Below, piece after piece: positions 7,719 to 17,978 of a stretch of 64,000 nt of DNA (its first letter is position 1; each line of letters starts with the position of its first letter). Origin of the DNA: an archaeon GW2011_AR15 (lineage in GTDB: Archaea > Nanobdellota > Nanobdellia > Woesearchaeales > GW2011-AR15). A model generated the notes under the pieces. It had not been told where the DNA came from. It did not search any database and worked only from the letters and a program-made list of their open reading frames with translations. The translations under genes were made by a program, and so were the position numbers. Location of the stretch: contig CP010425.1 in NCBI GenBank assembly GCA_000830295.1, forward strand, positions 864,001-928,000, in the 5' to 3' direction.

Positions 7719-8240
7719 ATGGCAAAATTAAGAAAATTTGTCTGCTACAGGAAGCTTGAAAGGCCTAATACAAGGAAATCCAAGTACAGAAAGAAATCTT
7801 TCGTGAGGGGAGCGCCTATGTGCAGGATAGTCAAGTTCAATGTAGGAAACCTTACAAAGGAATTTCCCTACAGGGTTGACCTTTGCACAAAAGACAATAT
7901 GCAGATAAGGGACAATGCCATAGAATCAGCCCGTCTTGTTGCAAACAGGACACTTGAAAAGGTTCTTGGGAAATCAGGCTTCAGGCTTCAGGTAAGGGTT
8001 TATCCCCACCATGTCCTGAGGGAGCACGCACTGGCATCTGGGGCAGGAGCTGACAGGTTTAGCTCAGGTATGGCGCATTCATTTGGAAAACCAGTGGGGA
8101 ATGCCGCACAGCTAAGAACAGGACAGGCAATACTTTCAGCATATATCAATGAGAATAACCTTGATCTGGCAAGGACCGCATTCAAAAAGTCTATTCACAA
8201 GCTGCCATGCAGGGGTACAATAAAAGTCATCAAGCTTTAG
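7719..8240 (+). CDS. rpl10e: 50S ribosomal protein uL16 (L10e)
   Basis: QIRDNAIESARL, RVYPHHVLREH and GADRFSSGMAHSFGKP motifs. Confidence 0.95.
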   Translation: MAKLRKFVCYRKLERPNTRKSKYRKKSFVRGAPMCRIVKFNVGNLTKEFPYRVDLCTKDNMQIRDNAIESARLVANRTLEKVLGKSGFRLQVRVYPHHVLREHALASGAGADRFSSGMAHSFGKPVGNAAQLRTGQAILSAYINENNLDLARTAFKKSIHKLPCRGTIKVIKL

Positions 8241-9192
8241 ATTTGATTATAAGTTCTTTTCTTATTGTTTCGATATCTTTTATATCAGGATATTTATCTT
8301 TGATTTCCTCTATTATCTTCCTGTCTGCAATATCAGTCTTGCTCATGTACAGCAGGATTTCTTTGCCGGTCTTTTTTAATTTACTAAGCAGTTTCTCCTG
8401 TTCATCAAGAGGAGTTTCCAGCCTAGGGTCAAACACATAGATAACTAAATCTGCCAGGTATTTCAGCGCAAGATAAGCCTGCATCTCTATATAATTCATC
8501 TTGTCAACCCTGTTTAAAGTGCCGGGAGTATCTATTATCTGGACAGAAATTCCTGGTTCTCGTATATAGCCAAGATTGAGTTTCTTTGTCGTGAAGGCAT
8601 ACGCCTTTATTTCAGGAGTTGCAGTTGTCAGTTTGCTGAGGAGAGTGGATTTGCCTGCATTCGGGAAGCCAAAAAGGCAGACAGTGAACATTGAGGTTTT
8701 CACTGCAGGATAGCCTTTCATTGTTTTTCTTGCTTCTTCCAGATAATTAAGATTGGTCTTTATCTGTTTCAGCACGCTGGAAACCCTTCCATAGTATTCC
8801 CTTCTCAGCCTGTTCATTACCCCGAAATCATTTGTCCTGTTTATCTTGTGCATATATGATTTTGATAGCTCAGATACCTTATCGACAGCCCATTTTACAG
8901 CGCCAAGGGATTTCTTCAAATCACTGTAATCAAGAGTCAGCTTTATGAGCTCATTATAGAATGGGTCAAGCCTGTCAATGCTGGGGAATGAAGTCAGGAT
9001 AGCCTGCAGATGCTCACTGAGCACAGATCTTATAACTTCCAGCTTTGCAGTCTCAAGCTTCTTTGACTTTGCAAGCCTGTCGCTTCCTTTTGCCCTCTGC
9101 CTCAATTCATTTGCAGCAGCAGTTGCCCTTCTGAAAGCCACATCAAGATAAAAATCAGCAGCTTCTATTTTCTTGAGATCCTGGAAATTCAT
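8230..9192 (-). CDS. NOG1-family GTP-binding protein (ribosome biogenesis)
   Basis: N-terminal helical domain (FPSIDRLDPFYNEL), G1 GFPNAGKS, G2 YAFTTK, G3 DTPG and G4 SKTD. Confidence 0.9.
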   Translation of the reverse strand: MNFQDLKKIEAADFYLDVAFRRATAAANELRQRAKGSDRLAKSKKLETAKLEVIRSVLSEHLQAILTSFPSIDRLDPFYNELIKLTLDYSDLKKSLGAVKWAVDKVSELSKSYMHKINRTNDFGVMNRLRREYYGRVSSVLKQIKTNLNYLEEARKTMKGYPAVKTSMFTVCLFGFPNAGKSTLLSKLTTATPEIKAYAFTTKKLNLGYIREPGISVQIIDTPGTLNRVDKMNYIEMQAYLALKYLADLVIYVFDPRLETPLDEQEKLLSKLKKTGKEILLYMSKTDIADRKIIEEIKDKYPDIKDIETIRKELIIKSKA

Positions 9193-9265
9193 GTATAGTG
9201 GAGATTGCGGTTAGTTTATATGTTTTTAGTTAAATTTTATATATAAGAATTTATGACCATCGGGG

Positions 9266-10165
9266 ATGGATACGTTTTATGACAAAATAGACACTGTAAG
9301 GACGTATATTGAAATAGACCCTGAAGAGAGATTTGTCGATTATGTTAAGCTTGGAACAGGAGATACAAAGATCCCTGCGTTCGATGAAAAAGCGCATCTG
9401 AAGCCTGAATTCACAGGGTTCGTAAGCATTAGGGGCCATCATGGACTTATTGAGATAAGTGATTATGTCAGCGCCTGCAGGGATACAATCACGATGTGGG
9501 AGATTCTGGGAAAAAGCATGGTTCTGCAGCCCAGAATAATAGAGGGGGATTATATGTACATCGAAAACGGCATAGGCAAGTATATGCAGGTTCCTTTGGA
9601 AATTAAGCAGAACAGAGCATCTGCAAGCAGCATATATGTTCAGGACAACTGTATTGTGACTGAAGACTATTTTTCTGAGATAGACAGAGAAGCAGGCATG
9701 AGAATAGGCGGGAACGATCTGCCGCTGAAATTTGGACTCAGGGAATATCTCTTTAATCTTGGAAGGTGGCACATTAATGCGAAAATAACGACTTATAATC
9801 CTCCCTACGGTGGGCCGGAGAATTCTGTCTGGATTGATTTTTCACTGCCTGAGATTAAAAATGGCAGGCACATATGCCAGAGGGAAAACCATCACATAAT
9901 AAGCCTGATGGAATCAGGAGGAGATAGTAATTATAATGCCATACTTGATGAGATGGAGGCATTAGGCAGCTCTATGTTCAGCAGCATGGAGAATATAATA
10001 AAAGCTCTGGGCACAATAAGAATCTACCAAGATTCCAGGATTTATGATGAGGCATGCCAGGAAAAAAACGGGCTTACAAATGTTCCGCTGATGCCTCCAA
10101 CAGAAGAATTCCTTTCCATGACTTTCGAGGACGCAATATCTTTTTTTAAGGATACTTTTATATAA
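9266..10165 (+). CDS. Hypothetical protein
   Basis: 299-aa ORF with a TTTATATA box about 22 nt upstream; no recognised motif. Confidence 0.65.
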   Translation: MDTFYDKIDTVRTYIEIDPEERFVDYVKLGTGDTKIPAFDEKAHLKPEFTGFVSIRGHHGLIEISDYVSACRDTITMWEILGKSMVLQPRIIEGDYMYIENGIGKYMQVPLEIKQNRASASSIYVQDNCIVTEDYFSEIDREAGMRIGGNDLPLKFGLREYLFNLGRWHINAKITTYNPPYGGPENSVWIDFSLPEIKNGRHICQRENHHIISLMESGGDSNYNAILDEMEALGSSMFSSMENIIKALGTIRIYQDSRIYDEACQEKNGLTNVPLMPPTEEFLSMTFEDAISFFKDTFI

Positions 10166-10186
10166 CCGGGTATTCTGGCTTAATTT

Positions 10187-10771
10187 ATGAAACTTTATAT
10201 TGTTACCACGAACAAACATAAGGTACAGGAAGCAAAGGATGTTTTTTCTGAATTCGGGATTGAAGTCGAGCAGATAAATGAGGAGAAATACGAGCCGAAG
10301 GAGTTTGATTTAAAGAAGACAGCAGAATACAATGCAGACATATTTTATAAAAAATACAAAAAGCCGATTATAGTTGATGACACCGGGGTTTTCTTCAAAG
10401 CATACAAAGAATTCCCGGGTAACCACCCCAAGCTTATGTTTGAGACTCTTGGGTATAAAGGCCTTCTTAAATTACTGGAGCATGAAGCCAGAGAGGTTCA
10501 GTTCAGGACAGTTATTGGCTATTGCGATGCAAATGGGGTAAGGACATTTGAAGGAGTGCTTGACTGCACTGCAGACACAGAAGTCCATGACATGGATAAA
10601 GATGTTCTGCCCTATGAGAGAATCCTTCTTGTTGATGGAACACCGATATCATCAATGTCAAGGGCAGACAAGAATAAAATATCACACAGGGCAAAAGCGT
10701 TCAGGAAGACTGCTGGGTGGCTGAGAGCCAACGAAAATGATAGAAAGGGCAAGGTGCGCTTTTCCCGCTGA
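10187..10771 (+). CDS. rdgB: Non-canonical purine NTP pyrophosphatase (RdgB/HAM1)
   Basis: VTTNKHKVQE, IVDDTG, FPG and KNKISHRAKA motifs. Confidence 0.92.
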   Translation: MKLYIVTTNKHKVQEAKDVFSEFGIEVEQINEEKYEPKEFDLKKTAEYNADIFYKKYKKPIIVDDTGVFFKAYKEFPGNHPKLMFETLGYKGLLKLLEHEAREVQFRTVIGYCDANGVRTFEGVLDCTADTEVHDMDKDVLPYERILLVDGTPISSMSRADKNKISHRAKAFRKTAGWLRANENDRKGKVRFSR

Positions 10772-10844
10772 ATCTGCTATTCTCGGAAAACAAAAAATTT
10801 AAATAGTATATTAAGAGATATAAGATAAAAAAGAGGTTGGTGAA

Positions 10845-11402
10845 ATGCATAAGATGCGCAAAGGGTCCTTAGATCTTTCAATTAATTCAATCGTGGTTCT
10901 TATTCTGGCAGTTACCCTGCTTAGCCTGGGCCTGACTTTTATCAACAGGAGCTTTGGCGGAGCAACAGAGCAGCTTGAGAAATCCCTACAGGGGATAAGC
11001 GAGGACAGGAAGACACAGTTAAGGGAGAAATGTGTTGACGACCTGTGCCTTGAAACAACATCAATAGTCCTGCCAAGAAACAAGAAAGAGACGATACTTA
11101 TGGTTCTGAATAACAAGCTTGACTGCGATGTTGATGCTGAGATAGTCATTAATACAAACAACTGCCAGATAATAGGGAATACAAGGCCAAGTGCCAGCGA
11201 GTGCAGCGCAGTTGTTCTGAGCACATTTGAAGAACAGAGAGTAGGCTCAAAACAAAAAGAAATAGTTCCCCTTGAGATAAATCCTAAAAATAATGCAGAG
11301 ACTACAACATACAGATATGAAATAGGCGTTGAAGGGTCATGCTCAAGATCGTCAGAAAACAGGATGGCAGGCACAGAATACCTGGATGTGATTGTTGAAT
11401 GA
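10845..11402 (+). CDS. Class III signal peptide (type IV pilin-like) protein
   Basis: MRKG/SLDLSINSIVVLILAVTLLSLGLTFI followed by a Cys-containing beta-rich domain. Confidence 0.75.
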   Translation: MHKMRKGSLDLSINSIVVLILAVTLLSLGLTFINRSFGGATEQLEKSLQGISEDRKTQLREKCVDDLCLETTSIVLPRNKKETILMVLNNKLDCDVDAEIVINTNNCQIIGNTRPSASECSAVVLSTFEEQRVGSKQKEIVPLEINPKNNAETTTYRYEIGVEGSCSRSSENRMAGTEYLDVIVE

Positions 11403-11623
11403 AAAAAATGAAAAAGCGCCTGACGCAGGCAGAGGAGTTTGACATACTAAAGCTGGTTCTTGACAAGATATTGTGGTTTGGCTTTGCAGTCATGGGCTAT
11501 GGGTTCTATCTTTCAGTAGTTTCCCTTGAAATGGCCCGAGGCATGTCATTTGTACTGGGGGGAGCTGTGGTGCTGGTCCTGTTCATGTTCCTTTTAATCA
11601 AGGAATATGAGGTAGTAAAGTGA
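11399..11623 (+). CDS. Small two-TM membrane protein
   Basis: Two hydrophobic segments; overlaps both neighbours by 4 nt or less, consistent with translational coupling. Confidence 0.7.
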   Translation: MKKMKKRLTQAEEFDILKLVLDKILWFGFAVMGYGFYLSVVSLEMARGMSFVLGGAVVLVLFMFLLIKEYEVVK

Positions 11624-12192
11624 TGGATAAGAAGGGATTTGAGCTCTCAGCGACTTTCCTTGTCGGTCTTATTTTAGGTATAATCCTCTTCAGCCTTGGC
11701 ATGATTTTCGTCTTTAGGCTTCTCGGAGGTGTTGATGACATACAGGTTGCCGGTCTTCCAGGCTATTTTGAAACAGAGGCAGAAAACTGCGTTGAGAGGA
11801 ATGAGATGGTCTGCGTGCCGAAAATAAAAGCAGACCTCCAGACCACAAAATCAGAATCTTTCGGAGTGATTGTAAACAATATATACGGTTCTGCAAGGAA
11901 ATTTAAGCTGCACGTAAGGTTCAGGGGAGGCATTACAGAGCAGGGAGAGGAGATAAACTCTGTAGATATAAGCCAATGGACTTTTACTGATTTCAGTGAG
12001 GTTTTTCTTGAAAACAACAACTATAAGATTGTAGAAGTGCCAATGAGGCCTCCAAGAGGCACTCTGCCTGGGGATTATATATTTAATGTTGATGTCTGCT
12101 TCAATGCCAATGACAATCTATCCGGAAAATGCAGTGCAGGCTATCCTTCCCTTTACGGATTGACGCATCAGGTAACAATAACAGTGATATAA
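11620..12192 (+). CDS. Class III signal peptide (type IV pilin-like) protein
   Basis: MDKKG/FELSATFLVGLILGIILFSLG followed by an Ig-like domain (PPRGTLPGDYIFNVDVC). Confidence 0.75.
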   Translation: MMDKKGFELSATFLVGLILGIILFSLGMIFVFRLLGGVDDIQVAGLPGYFETEAENCVERNEMVCVPKIKADLQTTKSESFGVIVNNIYGSARKFKLHVRFRGGITEQGEEINSVDISQWTFTDFSEVFLENNNYKIVEVPMRPPRGTLPGDYIFNVDVCFNANDNLSGKCSAGYPSLYGLTHQVTITVI

Positions 12193-12195
12193 GGA

Positions 12196-12945
12196 TTATT
12201 TCTTCAGCTTGTATAGCTGATAAATGCTTAAACCAAGCAGGCTGATGCTTAGCAGCTGCACGAGGCTTAATCCAAGAACATCTACATAAAGCGGAGCCCG
12301 GAAGAATTCAGTTATAAGCCTGAGGATGCTGTATCCTGCAATGAAAGACCATATCAGGAAGCCATGCTTTCTTTTTCTTCTGTTAAGGTAAAGCATCATG
12401 CCGAACAGGACCAGCATTGAGAAGGATTCATACAATTGCGCAGGATGCCTGCATACATCATCAATTTTTTGGTAGACAACACACCATGGCAGATTTGTTG
12501 CTGTGCCTATGTGCTCAGAATTCATAAAATTGGCTATCCTTCCAAAAACCAGTATAAGCGGGAATGGAACAGAAAGGGTATCAAGGATATGCATCATGCT
12601 TACTTTATGCTTTTTGCAGTAGAAATAAACAGCAAGCACACCTCCCAGGATGCCGCCATGAAAAGCCAGCCCACCATTCCATATGGCAAATACTCCAAGC
12701 AGGTTATTTGCATAAAGAGGAAAGTCAGTAATGACATGCACCAGCCTTGCGCCTATAAGCCCGAACACCAGCATGTAGATGATTACGTCAACTGCCTTGT
12801 CTTTGTTGAGGTTCTTTATCTTATGTGCGTTCTTAGATAATATATAAGTAAGCAGGATAAAGCCTAAGGCGTAGACTATACCGTAAAATCTTATTGAGAA
12901 CGGACCAACAGAAACAAGATCCGGGTTTATATTATTTATGAACAT
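12196..12945 (-). CDS. lgt: Prolipoprotein diacylglyceryl transferase
   Basis: GPFSIRFYG, GARLVHV, IWNGGLAFHGG, GRIANFMNSE, RHPAQLYE and RLITEFFR motifs. Confidence 0.93.
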   Translation of the reverse strand: MFINNINPDLVSVGPFSIRFYGIVYALGFILLTYILSKNAHKIKNLNKDKAVDVIIYMLVFGLIGARLVHVITDFPLYANNLLGVFAIWNGGLAFHGGILGGVLAVYFYCKKHKVSMMHILDTLSVPFPLILVFGRIANFMNSEHIGTATNLPWCVVYQKIDDVCRHPAQLYESFSMLVLFGMMLYLNRRKRKHGFLIWSFIAGYSILRLITEFFRAPLYVDVLGLSLVQLLSISLLGLSIYQLYKLKK

Positions 12946-13087
12946 TTTTACCTGTGAATCAATCTCAATATTTATATCTTTCCAGGATATGGTATTACTG
13001 TCGAGTTACCAAAGTTACCACAATCTTTTTATATTAGCTATTATTCAACAGTTTAACTAGTAGTCATATCTTAAGGGGGAGAAAACT

Positions 13088-14278
13088 ATGAATAAAAACG
13101 CAATTGTTATGTTAGCACTTGTCATGGTGCTGGTATTAAGTGCATGCACGACATATCAGTATAATGTAAACCAGACAGAAGAAGCTACAGGAGAAGTAGA
13201 GATTAATGAATCCGCAGGCGAAGTCATAGAGACCACGCCGGTAGTTGAAGATACAGGAGAAACAGCTGATATTACAGTAACAGAAGGCGAGGTAGTAGAC
13301 CTTAAGCCAGCAGTCTGGGATCCTGACGATGATCTTGTGGAGGTAAGTTTCACAAGTCCATTTGATGCAAACGGCGAATGGGAAACAGAAGCCGGGGATG
13401 CAGGATTCTATTCATCAATTGTAACTGCAACAGATAACAAAGGCTCACTTGTTACTATGCAGGTGACAATAAGGGTTCTCCCATTGAACACACCTCCAAC
13501 CATAGCAGCTCCTGATGTCCAGGAATTCAACGAAGGGGATTTTATAGCACTTGAAGTTGATGCTGTTGACAGAGAGGGAGACGAGGTTGTAGTTACATAT
13601 TCCGGCTGGATGAGAGCAAGGAGATACCAGTCAACATTTGATGATGCCGGAGAGCACAAAGTCACAATAAAGGCAGATGACGGCTTTAACATTGTTACAA
13701 AGGAGATTACAGTCATTGTTAAGGATGTCAACAGAAAGCCAGTATTATCCTTTATAGGCCTTGGCGGGGATGACTCAGTCACAGCCACAGAAGGTGACCT
13801 TATTGAGATAACAGTTGAAGCAAGCGACCCAGACGGAGATCCTCTTACAGTAGGCTTCTCACAGCCAATGGACGCAAATGGCAGATGGCAGACAAAAAGA
13901 GGGGACGCCGGAGAATACACTGTTTTAGTAACAGTCAGCGATGGCACAACTGAACTGACAAAGGAAGTCTCAGTTACAGTCCTTAAGAAAAACGAAGCCC
14001 CTGTAATCGAATCATTCACAGTTTCACCAGAGGAAGTCGTGCTTAAGAAACCAGGCGACCAGGTTACAATAAAACTAACCTTGGTTGCATCTGACTCAGA
14101 CGGAGACGAGCTTACAGTTACCTACTCAAGTTACATGACCTCAGATGAGAAAACAGTAACCTACGGAGAGAAAGGCGGTGTAAAGACAGTTACTGTAACA
14201 GTCAGTGATGGTGAAGAATCAGACACAGCAGAGCTGAGCTTCAACATGAACAACTGGCCATGCTTTGACTGCCAGTAA
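13088..14278 (+). CDS. Lipoprotein with tandem Ig/cadherin-like repeats
   Basis: Lipobox VLSAC. Four repeats of the form ...EG...D(P/R/S)DGD.L.V..S...GDAGEY.V.VTV(S)DG, joined by N.(A/P)P linkers. Confidence 0.8.
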   Translation: MNKNAIVMLALVMVLVLSACTTYQYNVNQTEEATGEVEINESAGEVIETTPVVEDTGETADITVTEGEVVDLKPAVWDPDDDLVEVSFTSPFDANGEWETEAGDAGFYSSIVTATDNKGSLVTMQVTIRVLPLNTPPTIAAPDVQEFNEGDFIALEVDAVDREGDEVVVTYSGWMRARRYQSTFDDAGEHKVTIKADDGFNIVTKEITVIVKDVNRKPVLSFIGLGGDDSVTATEGDLIEITVEASDPDGDPLTVGFSQPMDANGRWQTKRGDAGEYTVLVTVSDGTTELTKEVSVTVLKKNEAPVIESFTVSPEEVVLKKPGDQVTIKLTLVASDSDGDELTVTYSSYMTSDEKTVTYGEKGGVKTVTVTVSDGEESDTAELSFNMNNWPCFDCQ

Positions 14279-14342
14279 ATTTAATTTATTTTTTATTACC
14301 TTTTTTCTTATTGTCCTATAATCCAAAGAAAGTTTTAATTTA

Positions 14343-14407
14343 GTGAGAACTACGTTCTCACACTCTCCTTAATCGTTGGGGAGCGCGGGGGGATATCCCC
14401 TCACCAC
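14343..14407. repeat. GC-rich hairpin element between convergent genes (REP/MITE-like, copy 1)
   Basis: Hairpin GTGAGAAC-TAC-GTTCTCAC (14343-14361) plus GGGGAGCGCGGGGGGATATCCCCTCAC (14378-14404). The latter resembles the reverse complement of 32525-32552. Confidence 0.55.
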
Positions 14408-14447
14408 AATAAAAAGCAATGAGTGATAATATTCTAACTTGTTAATT

Positions 14448-16949
14448 CTACAATTCGTCCAGCCGCATCTGCTTTGACTTTATCAGTCTGTCAACTTCTT
14501 CGACTTCATCCCTAAGTATGTCTTTCTCTTTTGTTTTTCTTGATTCTATTATTATCTTCTCTGAAATGTCATCATCCTGCTCCAGCCTGAATTGTATCTC
14601 TCTGCTCCTGCTGATGACCTCTTTAGGCATGCCTGCGAGCTTTGCAACGTGGATGCCGTAGCTCTTGTCGGTTCCTCCCTCAATTATCTTTCTCAGGAAG
14701 AGTATCTTGTCCTCTTTCTCCTCAACTGCAATGTTGTAATTTTTTACTCCGCTGAGCTCTTTTTCCAGGTTGTTCAGCACATGGTAATGCGTTGCAAACA
14801 GCGTTTTTGCCTTTATTTTCTTTGTTATATATTCAGCGACTGACCACGCAATCGCGACTCCGTCATAAGTGCTTGTTCCTCTCCCGATTTCATCCAAGAG
14901 TATCAGCGATCTTTCTGTTGCGCTGTTTAATATCTGGGCAGTATCGGACATCTCTACCATGAACGTGCTCTGTCCTTTTGAGATGTCATCACTGGCACCT
15001 GTCCTGAAAAATATCTTGTCAATTATCCCGATTTCAGCGTTTTTTGCGGGCACAAAGCAACCGGCCTGCGCCATTATTATATTGAGAGCGGCCTGTTTAA
15101 GATAAATAGATTTTCCTGCCATGTTGGGACCTGTTATTATCATTGTCCTGTTCTTCTCGCCTATAAGAACATCATTTGCAACAAAGTCAGTGAGCTGCTC
15201 TATGACGGGATGCCTGCTTTCCTCCAGTACCAGCTTATACTCTTCATCGACACTTGGTTTTCTGTAGTTGTTAATTATAGAAACTTTGGCAAAAGAGCAC
15301 AGCATGTCAACATATGCTATTTTTTCAGCAGCATCCTGTATCTTTTTCGTCTCTTTTTTTATCTCTCCCTCTATCTCCCCAAACAAGTTCTGTTCCAAAA
15401 CTATTCTTTTTTCCTCGGATGTAAGGATATCCTCCTCAAGCTTTTTCAGCTCTTCTGTTATAAATCTCTCGCTGCTGACAAGAGTCTGTTTCTTTATGTA
15501 ATTATCGGGCACGAGATTCAGGTTTGTTTTTGTAACGTCAATATAATACCCGAAGATTTTGTTGTATCTTATCTTTAGGGATTTTATGCCTGTGCTTTCC
15601 CTCTCTTTGTCTTCAATCTGGCTGATAAGCTTTTTTCCCTCCCGGGAGATTTTCCTGAGCCTGTCAAGCTCTTCATTATATCCTTCCCTGATGAACCCGC
15701 CGTTCAGCGTATTGGCAGGCGCATCATCAGATATGGCCTCATCTATAAGTTCCGCCACATGGCTTAAACTCTCAAATTCTGAAAGCTTTGAAAGAAGATC
15801 TGCATCAGTTTCAGCAAGATATTTTTTTATTTGTGGGATTAATTCAAGAGAACCCTGCAGCGACACAAGATCCCTTGGATTTGAATTGCCGTAATTTATC
15901 CTTGAAATGAGGCGCTCAATATCTGATACATTCTTCAGCAGATCCCTTGTTTCCTCAAGCACAAAGTTCTTTTTTATCAGCTCTTCCACAGAACTTAGTC
16001 TTTGGTTTATCTCCTTTAGGTCCCTTAGAGGCTGAAGCAGGGATTTTTTCAGCAGTCTCAATCCCATTGGTGTAAGAGTCTTATCAAGCACTTTCAGCAG
16101 TGAAGGCTTCTCTCTGCTGTTTATTATCTCAAGATTATTTGCAGTTGTGCTGTCAAAAGCAAGAAACTCAGAGTCTGAGTAGTATTTTAGGGTGTTTATG
16201 TGTGATAATGAACTTTTCTGCATATCCTGGAGATAAGAAAGCATTGCTCCTGCAGAGGATACAGCATTTTCTTTTCTCTTGAGCCCGAAACCATCAAGCG
16301 ACATAACTCCGAAATGCTTCTTGAGGCAGGCCCTTGCATTATCAAAATAGAACTCAACATCGTTCCTGAACGTCAGATAGAACTTTTTCCCCCGGAATTG
16401 CTCCTCTGTCCTGCTCCCTTCCATGCTCATGGGAAGTATGACCTCTTTTGGCTCATAGATTACCAGCTCAGCTATTGCCTTTTCCATACTTTCTGACTCA
16501 GTGGCAAAAAACTCTCCTGTAGATGCATCCACAAAAGATAATCCTATTTTCTCGCCCTTGTATATTGAAGCGATAAAATTGTTTTCCTTGTCAAGCATCT
16601 TTTCTTCTATAACTGTTCCTGGGGTAACTACTCTTATGACTCCCCTTTTTACAACGCCTTTTGCATCTTTTGGATTTTCCAGCTGCTCAACTATTACAAC
16701 CTTATGACCATGCTTTATCATCTTTGACAGGTAGGAATCAAGCGCGTGATATGGAATTCCGGCCAGAGGGATTGCCTGCGAATTCTTCATGCCTCTCCTT
16801 GTCAGGGCTATATCAAGGGTCTTTGAGGTTATTTTTGCGTCCTCAAAAAATGTTTCGTAGAAATCGCCCATCCTGAAAAAGACGATGCAGTCCTTATACT
16901 GCCCCTTTATCTCCATATACTGCTTCATAGCAGGCGTTAATTTTTCCAT
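14448..16949 (-). CDS. mutS: DNA mismatch repair protein MutS (MutS1)
   Basis: TPAMKQY, FRMGDFYETF (mismatch-binding Phe-X-Glu), TGPNMAGKS, STFMVEM, DEIGRGTSTYDG, FATHYH and SYGIHVAKLAG. Confidence 0.97.
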   Translation of the reverse strand: MEKLTPAMKQYMEIKGQYKDCIVFFRMGDFYETFFEDAKITSKTLDIALTRRGMKNSQAIPLAGIPYHALDSYLSKMIKHGHKVVIVEQLENPKDAKGVVKRGVIRVVTPGTVIEEKMLDKENNFIASIYKGEKIGLSFVDASTGEFFATESESMEKAIAELVIYEPKEVILPMSMEGSRTEEQFRGKKFYLTFRNDVEFYFDNARACLKKHFGVMSLDGFGLKRKENAVSSAGAMLSYLQDMQKSSLSHINTLKYYSDSEFLAFDSTTANNLEIINSREKPSLLKVLDKTLTPMGLRLLKKSLLQPLRDLKEINQRLSSVEELIKKNFVLEETRDLLKNVSDIERLISRINYGNSNPRDLVSLQGSLELIPQIKKYLAETDADLLSKLSEFESLSHVAELIDEAISDDAPANTLNGGFIREGYNEELDRLRKISREGKKLISQIEDKERESTGIKSLKIRYNKIFGYYIDVTKTNLNLVPDNYIKKQTLVSSERFITEELKKLEEDILTSEEKRIVLEQNLFGEIEGEIKKETKKIQDAAEKIAYVDMLCSFAKVSIINNYRKPSVDEEYKLVLEESRHPVIEQLTDFVANDVLIGEKNRTMIITGPNMAGKSIYLKQAALNIIMAQAGCFVPAKNAEIGIIDKIFFRTGASDDISKGQSTFMVEMSDTAQILNSATERSLILLDEIGRGTSTYDGVAIAWSVAEYITKKIKAKTLFATHYHVLNNLEKELSGVKNYNIAVEEKEDKILFLRKIIEGGTDKSYGIHVAKLAGMPKEVISRSREIQFRLEQDDDISEKIIIESRKTKEKDILRDEVEEVDRLIKSKQMRLDEL

Positions 16950-17071
16950 TTACCCCACTGGAAAGGAGAAAAGTTGGAGCTATTTAAAAAAGTATACACT
17001 TGGCTGTATCATGGCAAAAACCAAGGTTTAGGGATTAAATTTATATATTTCTACTTAGTTATGCTTAGTTT

Positions 17072-17947
17072 ATGGATTCAAGGAAAATACAAAGGTCAGG
17101 CACAACCTATTACCTTTATTTGCCGGCATCATGGTGCAGAGAGCACAAGATAACCACGGACTCTATCGTGTACTTGGATAAATCTTCAAGGGGAGACCTT
17201 GTTGTAAAGCCAAAAAAATCAGAAAGCAACCTTTCCTCTCTCAGCATAGAGCTTGCTGACAGCACTCCTGAGGTCATAAACAAGATGATTATTGCCTCGT
17301 ATATCAATCCTGTTAAAGAGTTTACTATCTCCCTGAAAGACAGCATAAGCGCTGACCAGATACTCCAGCACAAGCAGCTTCTTGGCGGGCTTGAGCTCGT
17401 TGATTTTGAGGAGTCACAGATAACATGCAGGACATCCCTTGCACTCAGCGACCCGGACAGCCTTCTCAGGGGAGTCATAAAGAAGGTCCTGAGCATAGCA
17501 AAGCTGATGAAAAAAGACAGTGGCCATGAGCTAATCAAAAGATATGAGGAAGAAGTTGACAAGAGCAATCTTCTCATACACAAGGCAATAATAACAACAC
17601 TGATGTACAGGCATGAGTCAAAGCTGAGGCATATAGACCTCTTTTATATAGGCAGGCTTTCAAGGCTTGCAGAGCAGATTGCGGATATACTGATAAGCCT
17701 GGGAGATAACAAAAAGCTGGTGGATACAATAGAAAGGATGTCTGAAATGCTGCTTTTTACCCTTGATAATCTGAAGCAGCAGAATGTGATAAGATTTATT
17801 AAGGAAGCAGAGAAGCTTGATAGAGTAGAAGTGAAGAGTCTTGAGACGTACAAAGAAAAAAGGATTTATTCTCTCTTTGCGCACATTGCAGAAGTCCTCT
17901 GCAACTGGCTTATAACGAAGAAGACAGAAGAGAAAGACTTATATTAG
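17072..17947 (+). CDS. AbrB/MazE-type DNA-binding domain fused to a PhoU-like domain (phosphate uptake regulator family)
   Basis: RKIQRSGTTYYLYLPASW N-terminus, IIASYI, YEEEVDK and LSRLAEQIAD helical repeats. Confidence 0.8.
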   Translation: MDSRKIQRSGTTYYLYLPASWCREHKITTDSIVYLDKSSRGDLVVKPKKSESNLSSLSIELADSTPEVINKMIIASYINPVKEFTISLKDSISADQILQHKQLLGGLELVDFEESQITCRTSLALSDPDSLLRGVIKKVLSIAKLMKKDSGHELIKRYEEEVDKSNLLIHKAIITTLMYRHESKLRHIDLFYIGRLSRLAEQIADILISLGDNKKLVDTIERMSEMLLFTLDNLKQQNVIRFIKEAEKLDRVEVKSLETYKEKRIYSLFAHIAEVLCNWLITKKTEEKDLY

Positions 17948-17978
17948 GTAAACTAAGTAGATTAACTTTTTAATATGT

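Noticed and set aside
13004-13020. Direct repeat AGTTACCA x2 in the lgt/lipoprotein divergent promoter region
   Set aside because: Only two short copies and no supporting occurrences noticed; too weak to call an operator.
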